From a virus (taxonomy: Duplodnaviria > Caudoviricetes): a DNA stretch of 64,000 nt. The notes under the pieces are model-generated. The model ran no database searches, was not told the DNA's origin, and saw only the letters and a list, made by a program, of their open reading frames with translations. The stretch is taken from positions 304 to 64,303 of the IMG/VR virus record IMGVR_UViG_3300047323_000477. One strand, written 5' to 3'. A program made the position numbers and the translations under genes. Shown one piece after another: positions 56,736-64,000 of this stretch. Numbering within the stretch: position 1 is the first letter of the stretch; the number at the start of each line of letters is the position of its first letter.

Positions 56736-57838
56736 CCGCACCCGTCCCGGACCGGGTCCTGACCCAGCACGCCCTCACGGGGGAGTGGCAGTCCCTCGCG
56801 CTCCCGCTCTCCGACCTCGAGTACGGCGACGAACTCAACGGCCCCGGATCGTTGACCGGGAAGCTCGAGCCGCGCCTGATCGCACAGAACCCGACCCTTG
56901 CCGACCCGGGCACCACTCTCATCTACGTGGAGTCCGCCGGCCAGCTCCGGTGGGGCGGCCTCGTGTGGGACGTCCGGACCCAGGACAACACCCTGACCCT
57001 CGAAGCTGCCGGGTGGTCGTCGTACCTGCAAAAACGCCACGACATCGACGGGAACTACGGCGGCCGCGGCCCCTACACGTACACCGACCGGTGCACCGTC
57101 ATCCGCGACATCTGGGCCTACGCCCAGTCCGTCACCGACGGCAACCTCGGCGTCATCGTCGACTCCACCACCTCGACATCCACCGTCGGCACGCCTGCCG
57201 ACCCGCTCAAATCGTTGTGGTGGGAACTGCCCGTCCTTGGCGACGCGGTCGACGACCTGGTGTCCGGTGACGCCACCCCCGACTACACCTGCACCACCGC
57301 CTGGAACTCAGCGAAGACCGCCCCGGTGCGCCGCATCCGGCTCGGCTGGCCACGACTCGGCGCCCGCCGCACCGACATCAGCTTCGCGTCGGGGGAGAAC
57401 ATCATCGAACCCCCGGAGATCGAGCTCGCCGCCGACGAGTACGCGCAGGTCGTCATCGCGAACGGGGCCGGCGACGGGTCCGCGAAACGCCGTGCGATCA
57501 GTGCCGTCCGCAACGGACGCCTGCGTCTCGAGTCCGCCCTGGACCTCCCCGACACCAAGGGCACCGACATCCTCGGCACCCGCGCGGCCGCCGAACGCGC
57601 CTGGCGCCAGACCTTGGGCTCCGTCGCACAGATCACCATCCGCAACACGCCCGCCGCCCCATTCGGGTCGTGGCAGATCGGCGACGACGTGTACACCCGC
57701 GTCCACAACTCCTGGACCTCGTACACCGGCTGGTGCCGCATCACCGGCTGGACCGTGAAACCCCACGCCAACGGCGGACCCCAGGCCGTCATCTCCCTGA
57801 AGCCCGCCGCGACGTTCCAGTACGGAGGAGTGGCATGA
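56732..57838 (+). CDS. Minor tail protein (baseplate hub, ReqiPepy6 Gp37-like)
   Basis: ELNGPG...WGGLVW...GWSSYL; position. Confidence 0.8.
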   Translation: MTAPVPDRVLTQHALTGEWQSLALPLSDLEYGDELNGPGSLTGKLEPRLIAQNPTLADPGTTLIYVESAGQLRWGGLVWDVRTQDNTLTLEAAGWSSYLQKRHDIDGNYGGRGPYTYTDRCTVIRDIWAYAQSVTDGNLGVIVDSTTSTSTVGTPADPLKSLWWELPVLGDAVDDLVSGDATPDYTCTTAWNSAKTAPVRRIRLGWPRLGARRTDISFASGENIIEPPEIELAADEYAQVVIANGAGDGSAKRRAISAVRNGRLRLESALDLPDTKGTDILGTRAAAERAWRQTLGSVAQITIRNTPAAPFGSWQIGDDVYTRVHNSWTSYTGWCRITGWTVKPHANGGPQAVISLKPAATFQYGGVA

Positions 57839-60315
57839 CGGACATCGGTGTCTCTCTCGCCCAGCTCGCAAAGCGGCTCGAGCGCCTCGAGCGGGCCGCC
57901 CGCCTCGGCTACGCATCCCTGGACGACACCGCCCTCGAGGTCCGCGACAGCACCGGATCCCTGCGCGCTCTGGTCGGCCAGCAGGGCGACGGCACCACCG
58001 CCGTCAACGTCGTCAACGGACCCCCACCCCCGGCCACGTCCGCCCCGATCGTCGTGTCCGTCCTCGGCGGCGTCACCGTCTCCTGGGACGGGACCTTCGC
58101 CGGCGGGGCGATCATGCCCCTGGACTGGTCCCGGGTCGAGGTCCACGCCTCCCCCCTCGCCGTCTACACCCCGACCGCTGCCACCCTGAAAGCGACGGTG
58201 GAAACCGCGCAGGGCTGCACCGTCGTCATCGCCACACCCGACCCGGTGTACGTGCAGCTGGTGGCGCGCAGCACCTCCGGTACCGCCTCGGACCCGTCCG
58301 CCACGGTCGGACCGGTCGGCCCCACCGCCGTCGTCGCCTCGGACATCCTCGACGGCATCGTCACCACCGTGAAACTCGCCGACGACGCGGTCACCCAGGC
58401 GAAGGTCGCGGTCGGAGCGATCGGCACCACGGAAATCAGCGACGACGCGATCACCACCCCGAAGATCGTGGCCGGTGCAGTCCAGACCGCACAGCTCGAC
58501 GCGCTCGCCGTCAACGCCTCGAAGATTGCCGCAGGGGCGGTCACGACCGCCAAGCTGGACGCGCTCGCCGTCACGGCGAACGAACTCGCCGCGAACGCCG
58601 TCACCGCCTCCAAAATCCTCGCCGGAAGCGTCAGCGCACAGGCCCTGACCATCGGCATCGCCCAGTCCATCGGCACCAAGCTCACCGACACGATGGCCGA
58701 CTCCACCACTTGGGCCAGGGTCGCCGAAACCGGCACCTTCACCACCGTCACCGGGGTCACCGACGCCGTCGCCGGATCCACCGTGATGCAGGTCAGCGGC
58801 CCCGCATCCATGGAGCGCACCGAGAACATCCCGTACGACTCCGCAGCCCTGTACCGGGTTACCGTCCGGCTGCGCACCACCACCGCACCCACCGCGGGCA
58901 GCCCGATTGTCTACCTCGGCCTCACCGGCATCGCCGCGGACGGCACCACTCGCGTCAACACGACCGGCGCCAACTCGGTCAGCTCCCAGCACTACGTGAC
59001 CGCAGCGAACCTCAACATCGGCGTCGGAACGGCGTGGACGACGCTCACCGGCTACATCCAAGGGACCGCCGCCACCGGCACATTCGCCGCATCCCCGGAC
59101 CCTCGCACCCCCGGCCAGGCCCACACCAACGTCCGCTACGTCCGCCCCCTGATGCGCCTCCTCAACGGGGCCACGGGCGGCGTCATGCAGGTCGACCAGG
59201 TCACCGTGGAAACCGTCCCGACCGGTGCGGTGAACTCCGTCAACATCGTCGACGGAGCCGTCACCGCCAACGCCATCGCGGCGAACACCATCACCGCCGT
59301 GAAACTCGCCGCCGGATCTGTCGACGCCACCGCCCTCAAAGCCGACGCCATCACCGGCAAGACCATCACCGGCGGCACCATCACCGGCACCGACATCAAC
59401 GGCGGCACGGTCACCGGCGGCACCGTACAGACCGCATCCACCGGGGTCCGCGTGGTCCTCACACCTACGCCACCAGCCCCGCTCGTTGCGCGCCCGTCGA
59501 TGCTGCTGTACTCCGGCGCCACCGACGAACTCGGCCCCGGCATCGTCAACTCCGGCCTGCCGGGCTCGGGCCAGCCAAATACCGTGATCTCATCCCCGTC
59601 AACCGGTGTCGACAGCCTGAGCGCACAGGTACGTTCACGCCTGACCCTGAACTCACCCAAACCGGGGACGCGTGCCGGACAGTTTCTCCTCTCGGCTGTC
59701 TCCAGCACCAGCGCCCCAGTCGGCAACGCCGAGGTCATCGGATCGACAGCCGTCGACGCCAACGGAACGTCCTCCGTCCAGATCTCAACCAAGGACGGCG
59801 ACACCACGCCCAAGCTGGCCCAGCTCACGGTCGGCACCGGCAAGGTCCTCGTGGAGGCCGAGGCGTTCCAGATCGCACCGACCGCCTCCACCACCCAATC
59901 CGCGGTCTACGTGAACTCGCCGTCCACTCACACCGGGAACCTGCTGCGCCTGCAGCACAACGCGGTGGACGGATTCGTCGTCGACAACTCCGGCAACGCC
60001 ACCATCGCGGGTAACGCCACCGTCACCGGCAAGCTCACCGCGGGCAACATCGCGTTCGGCCAGACGTCCATCACCCCGTCGGCGCCCTATGTCCCGACCA
60101 GTCAGACGGTCTTCTACAGCGTTACCGGCACGACATTCTTCGGCTACGCCACCGCGAACACCACAGCGGTCGGCTACCGCACCCCGGCCACCCCGTCCAA
60201 CCTGGGCGTCACCGGCGTAGCCGTCTCATCTGTGACCTCGAGCAGCATGCTCGTCTGGGTCAACCGAGAAAACACCACAGCAACCAACATCAATTGGATG
60301 GTGATGAGCACGTGA
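57835..60315 (+). CDS. Tail fibre / central tail protein
   Basis: 10-aa AVTxxK(L/I)Axx repeats; Thr-rich beta domains. Confidence 0.82.
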   Translation: MTDIGVSLAQLAKRLERLERAARLGYASLDDTALEVRDSTGSLRALVGQQGDGTTAVNVVNGPPPPATSAPIVVSVLGGVTVSWDGTFAGGAIMPLDWSRVEVHASPLAVYTPTAATLKATVETAQGCTVVIATPDPVYVQLVARSTSGTASDPSATVGPVGPTAVVASDILDGIVTTVKLADDAVTQAKVAVGAIGTTEISDDAITTPKIVAGAVQTAQLDALAVNASKIAAGAVTTAKLDALAVTANELAANAVTASKILAGSVSAQALTIGIAQSIGTKLTDTMADSTTWARVAETGTFTTVTGVTDAVAGSTVMQVSGPASMERTENIPYDSAALYRVTVRLRTTTAPTAGSPIVYLGLTGIAADGTTRVNTTGANSVSSQHYVTAANLNIGVGTAWTTLTGYIQGTAATGTFAASPDPRTPGQAHTNVRYVRPLMRLLNGATGGVMQVDQVTVETVPTGAVNSVNIVDGAVTANAIAANTITAVKLAAGSVDATALKADAITGKTITGGTITGTDINGGTVTGGTVQTASTGVRVVLTPTPPAPLVARPSMLLYSGATDELGPGIVNSGLPGSGQPNTVISSPSTGVDSLSAQVRSRLTLNSPKPGTRAGQFLLSAVSSTSAPVGNAEVIGSTAVDANGTSSVQISTKDGDTTPKLAQLTVGTGKVLVEAEAFQIAPTASTTQSAVYVNSPSTHTGNLLRLQHNAVDGFVVDNSGNATIAGNATVTGKLTAGNIAFGQTSITPSAPYVPTSQTVFYSVTGTTFFGYATANTTAVGYRTPATPSNLGVTGVAVSSVTSSSMLVWVNRENTTATNINWMVMST

Positions 60316-60548
60316 GCACCCCCCCCTTCGAGATCCCCGTCATCGAGTACGAACCCGCCACGTACTACTCGGTGACCGTCACCTGCCTCACACCGGGCTG
60401 CATCCACGAGAACAACGTCTACCCGATCGCAATGGTCTACTCGAACAACGGCGACCCCAACTACGTGCGCGTCCAGGACTCCGCCTGCCGCCAGTTCATG
60501 GTCATCCTGACCGCCACCAAGCTCGACCCCCAGCCCCCCGAGGACTAG
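60312..60548 (+). CDS. Small tail-fibre-associated protein
   Basis: GTGA coupling; C.T.GC motif. Confidence 0.65.
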   Translation: MSTPPFEIPVIEYEPATYYSVTVTCLTPGCIHENNVYPIAMVYSNNGDPNYVRVQDSACRQFMVILTATKLDPQPPED

Positions 60549-60704
60549 CCGGACCAGGGGGAGCCCTCACCCCCACCGGCCGTACGCTGATCAGGGGCGA
60601 CCCTCCGCCCCGCACGAACCCCCGAGGGACTGCCACCCGGCCCCGGCCGGCGCAGCACGCCAGCCATATTCGCTCTGGGCGCGGGGAGTTTCGGAGCACG
60701 GGCC

Positions 60705-61529
60705 TTGCCCGACAACCTCACGGTGCGCACCTACGACGCCCCCACGCACCTCGGGCGTCACCTCGTGCTCGACCCCCGCAGCCTCGCCTACCGTCGCCCC
60801 TACGACGGGCAGCCGCTGCGTGCCACCGAGTGGGAACCGCGCATCCCCGTCCTGGACCAGCAGAACCTTGTCGCGCAGGGCATCTACACCTCCCGGGACT
60901 ACGGCCTCGACGACGACGTCGACGCTCTGTCCTCCTGCACCGGCAACGCTGGCACCGCTCTCCTGTCGATCCTGCTTACCAAGGAGCAGGCGACTGGCGC
61001 CGGGCTGAACACCGACGACGCCACCGCGGCCGAGCACTACGCGATCGGCCTGTACGCCGACGCCACCGAACGCGACCAGTGGCAAGACGCCCAGTGGCCG
61101 TCCCAGGACGTCGGCTCGTCCGGTCTCGGCGTCGCCAAGGTCCTCCGCGACCGCGGCCTCATCGACCAGTACGGGCACGCCACCACCGCCGAGGAATTCT
61201 GCACCCTCCTGCAGTCCGGGCCGGTGCTGATGGGTGTCCCCTGGTACGCCGCGTTCAGCGAGCCCAACGCCGGCGGGTTCATCGATGCCGACCCGAACTG
61301 GGCGTCGTCCCCGCTCGAGGGCGGCCACGAAGTCTGCGTCACCGCACTCGAGGCCGTCGCCACCCGGGACGGTGCGCTGATCCCCGAGCAGACCGTCATC
61401 CGCTTCCGTAATTCCTGGTCGGCCTCCTGGTCGGACCACGGCGACGGACGCCTGACCCTCGCGTCCTATCTGGCCATGCGTGACCAGGTGGACGTTATCC
61501 AGCCCCGAATCGACGGAGTCCGCCCGTGA
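60705..61529 (+). CDS. Papain-like (C1) cysteine peptidase
   Basis: VLDQ oxyanion Gln; SSCTGNA Cys; GGHEV His; FRNSW Asn; TTG start with GGAG RBS. Confidence 0.85.
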   Translation: MPDNLTVRTYDAPTHLGRHLVLDPRSLAYRRPYDGQPLRATEWEPRIPVLDQQNLVAQGIYTSRDYGLDDDVDALSSCTGNAGTALLSILLTKEQATGAGLNTDDATAAEHYAIGLYADATERDQWQDAQWPSQDVGSSGLGVAKVLRDRGLIDQYGHATTAEEFCTLLQSGPVLMGVPWYAAFSEPNAGGFIDADPNWASSPLEGGHEVCVTALEAVATRDGALIPEQTVIRFRNSWSASWSDHGDGRLTLASYLAMRDQVDVIQPRIDGVRP

Positions 61530-63319
61530 CCACCTTCCATGCCGCGGTCGACCACATAGACCCCGACACCCTCGAGACCACGACCACCTACTGCGGAACC
61601 GTCGATCAGGCCCACGTCGACCAGGTCCGCGCCATCGCCGACCTGCCGGACACGGAGCGCTTCGTCAAGGAGCACCCCCGGCTCGAGGGCGCCTTCTGCG
61701 TCCTGCGCGAGGACGGCGACCTCGACGTGTACGTCCCTGTCGACGCCGCCGAGCACCGGGTGTACGCGCCCGACCCCGACGCGAAGAGCGATGACAAGGA
61801 CCTGCCGCGCGGTCTCTCTGGCCCGTCCTACATCTCCGGTGCCATCCGGCTCGGCAGCCAGTCGATCGGCGGCGCCAGCGACAGCCCCAGCAAGCCGCCG
61901 CGCGCCGTGTGGCACACCACCGAGTCCCCGGCCGGCGGCAACTACCTGACCAGCATCGGCGCCTACCTCATCCGAGTCGGTGCCGAACCCCAGGTCATCT
62001 ACTGCCCCGTCACCGACCGGATCGGTCAGTTCGGTCCCCTCACCTCGAGCGGGCGGGCGCTGCGCAACGACGGCAGCTACCGGACGAACCGCACAGGCAG
62101 GGTCTGTATCCAGGTAGAGGTCCTCGGCTACGCGAAGTCTCCGTGGACGAAGGGCTTCGATCCGTCGAAGAAGCCGAACTACCAGCGGCTGATCGCCGCG
62201 ATGCGAGCGCACGGAATCCCGGACGTCTGGCCCGTGGGGAAGCCGCCGGCTACAGCTGCCGCAGCGACGAAGCGCCCGAAGGACATCTGGGAGAACGAGG
62301 GCGGCCACTTCGGGCACTCGCAGATTCGCGGCCAGGATCACTGGGACCCGGGTGCGATCGACACGGCGATCGTGCCGGGCAAGGCCAACGACTCCAGCAG
62401 CCCGTCGAAGCCCCCCGCGACCAGCACCAGCATCACCCCGAAGTCCCGCGAGACGGCCGCCACCATGCTCAAGCAGCAGGCCGCCGCACTGAAGACCTGG
62501 CCGTTCATCCCCGACGTCGAGAAGACCCACGGCCTCCCCGTCAACCTGCTGATCGCGGTTGGCTCCCGGGAGACCAACCTCACCAACAAGATCGGCGACG
62601 GCGGCCACGGCTTCGGTGTGTGGCAGCGAGACAACCGATGGCACGACGTCGACGAGACGTACCTGAAGGATGTCCGCAAGCAGGCTGAAGATGCGGCCGC
62701 GTTGCTCGCCTCGAACTACAAAGCGCTGAAGGACTGGGCCTACGCCGTCGCTGCCTACAACAGGGGCGTTACCGGCGTGAAGGAGGCCCTCGCTGCAGGG
62801 AAGTCGCCGGATTCGGTGACCGCGGGCGGGGACTACGCGGCGGACATACTCGGCCGCCTGGCCCACCTCCAGGCAGCGGCCCCGGCGCCCAGCAGCAGCA
62901 CGGGCACGTACACGGTGGAGAAGGGCGACACGCTCTCCTCCATCGCCGACGACCACAACACGACCGTGGCCGTCCTGGTGAAGCTGAACAGCCTCAAGGA
63001 CCCGAACAAGCTGGCCATCGGGCAAAAGCTCAAGGTCCCGGGCAAGACGGCCACTCCTGCCGCGCAGCCGTTGGAGCCGTTCCCCGGCGCCGCGTTCTTC
63101 CATGGCGGCCGCCACAGCCCGATCATCACGGCCCTTGGCCGCCGTCTCGTCGCACTCGGCTTCGGCAAGCACTACAAGGGCGGTCCGGGTCCCAATTGGA
63201 CGAACGCGGACAAGCGCAACGTCCAGGACTTCCAGCGGTCCCGTCCCGAACTCGCCGGCGACGCCGACGGAATCCCCGGCCCCAAGACCTGGGCAGCGCT
63301 CAAGGTCCCCAAGTCCTGA
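61526..63319 (+). CDS. Multidomain endolysin: amidase-2, SLT-like glycosidase, LysM and peptidoglycan-binding domain
   Basis: AVWHTTE...GH...HWDPG; AVGSRET...G.GVWQ...AAYNRG; YTVEKGDTLSSIA; FQ...ADGIPGPKTW. Confidence 0.9.
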   Translation: MTTFHAAVDHIDPDTLETTTTYCGTVDQAHVDQVRAIADLPDTERFVKEHPRLEGAFCVLREDGDLDVYVPVDAAEHRVYAPDPDAKSDDKDLPRGLSGPSYISGAIRLGSQSIGGASDSPSKPPRAVWHTTESPAGGNYLTSIGAYLIRVGAEPQVIYCPVTDRIGQFGPLTSSGRALRNDGSYRTNRTGRVCIQVEVLGYAKSPWTKGFDPSKKPNYQRLIAAMRAHGIPDVWPVGKPPATAAAATKRPKDIWENEGGHFGHSQIRGQDHWDPGAIDTAIVPGKANDSSSPSKPPATSTSITPKSRETAATMLKQQAAALKTWPFIPDVEKTHGLPVNLLIAVGSRETNLTNKIGDGGHGFGVWQRDNRWHDVDETYLKDVRKQAEDAAALLASNYKALKDWAYAVAAYNRGVTGVKEALAAGKSPDSVTAGGDYAADILGRLAHLQAAAPAPSSSTGTYTVEKGDTLSSIADDHNTTVAVLVKLNSLKDPNKLAIGQKLKVPGKTATPAAQPLEPFPGAAFFHGGRHSPIITALGRRLVALGFGKHYKGGPGPNWTNADKRNVQDFQRSRPELAGDADGIPGPKTWAALKVPKS

Positions 63320-63357
63320 ACACCCCTGCTCCACTCCATCCTGCAAGGAGAAAACCC

Positions 63358-63717
63358 GTGAAGATCCTCGGACGTGAACCGGCTGTACTGCTGGGATTTG
63401 TCGCCGTCGTCGTCAAGCTCGTCGCCGCGTTCGGTGTCGACGTCAGCGGCGAGCAGCAGGCCGTCATCAACGCCGTTGCCGCGGCCGCAGTCGGCGTCAC
63501 CCTGGCCGTCATGGCCAGCGACGGTGTCGGCGCAGCGCTGGTCGGCTTCATCCAGGCCGCCCTCGCCCTCGCGGTGGGGTTCGGTCTGGACTGGTCGGCA
63601 GATCAGCAGGCCGTCGTGCTTTCCGTAGCCGCTGGTGTCGTCGCCATGTGGGACCGGACGCAGGTCACCGCGCCCGTGGCGGCTGGTGCAGGCAAGCCCG
63701 TTTCTTCGGTCTCCTGA
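63358..63717 (+). CDS. Holin
   Basis: KILGREPA...; TM helices; R.QVT C-terminus; follows the endolysin. Confidence 0.78.
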   Translation: MKILGREPAVLLGFVAVVVKLVAAFGVDVSGEQQAVINAVAAAAVGVTLAVMASDGVGAALVGFIQAALALAVGFGLDWSADQQAVVLSVAAGVVAMWDRTQVTAPVAAGAGKPVSSVS

Positions 63718-63748
63718 CCAACCCTTCCTGATCTAACGGAGCAAACCA

Positions 63749-64000
63749 ATGGCCGATGAGCCGTCTCTGGGAGAGCTGGGGCGGCTCATCCAGCTCATGC
63801 GTGGCGATATTCGCGACGACATGGCCCAGATCAACTCGCGTCTCGACCGCATGGTGTCCACCGATGTCTACGGGGTGGAAAAAGCGGCACTGGAGCGAGA
63901 GATCGCCGATGTGAAGAAGGACGTGGAGAACGTGCAGGCGCAGCGGGTCGCGGACGCCGAGCGGGTCACTCAGACCCGTCGGTGGATGTTCGCGTCGGTC
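63749..64000 (+). CDS. Lysis-cassette coiled-coil membrane protein (partial)
   Basis: EPSLGELGR...RRW; RBS GGAG; runs off the window edge. Confidence 0.7.
   Translation, partial: MADEPSLGELGRLIQLMRGDIRDDMAQINSRLDRMVSTDVYGVEKAALEREIADVKKDVENVQAQRVADAERVTQTRRWMFASV

Larger units (their letters stand above)
1..64000. mobile_element. Temperate siphovirus-like (pro)phage of an actinomycete carrying a TraB-type conjugation module; extends beyond both window edges
   Basis: Ordered terminase-portal-scaffold-capsid-tail-TMP-lysis module at 37.7-64 kb; phage early genes (RusA-like, WhiB, SSB, DUF5131); tightly coupled ATGA/GTGA operons; no host housekeeping genes. Confidence 0.93.

Noticed and set aside
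58340-59430. Repeats in the tail fibre gene as a DGR or invertible system
   Set aside because: These are degenerate protein-level 10-aa repeats; no reverse transcriptase, template repeat or invertase is present in the window
1-64000. Integrase, att sites, cI-like immunity repressor, tRNA genes
   Set aside because: None recognised in the window; they may lie outside it, so integrated versus plasmid-like state cannot be decided here

Overview
High-GC actinobacterial sequence, most likely Streptomyces (inferred from GC3 bias, WhiB, DUF6233 and KorSA/TraB-type genes). The whole window is one temperate siphovirus-like (pro)phage whose ends lie outside it; no integrase, att site, tRNA or CRISPR is visible. 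1-13 kb (+): early/middle genes (DUF5131, RusA-like resolvase, WhiB, SSB, secreted matrixin protease, sigma factor, NERD, DUF6233). 13-27.3 kb (-): accessory and replication arm, with a type III PKS plus MmyB-family regulator, a GNAT, membrane proteins, a replication initiator with internal palindromic iterons and a KorSA-like GntR repressor. 27.5-36.7 kb (+): a Streptomyces plasmid/AICE-type conjugal transfer module (SpdB-like to TraB/FtsK). 37.7-64 kb (+): head, tail and lysis genes. The most unusual features are (1) a TraB conjugation module inside an apparently intact phage, (2) a phage-borne type III PKS and ligand-sensor pair, (3) an orphaned intein in the head operon whose opposite strand encodes an HTH-DUF559/Vsr-like endonuclease, (4) an array of 19 TGAGCC hexamers inside the spdB-like gene, and (5) two repeated cis-regulatory motifs. 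Family assignments come from motif recognition only; no database searches were run.
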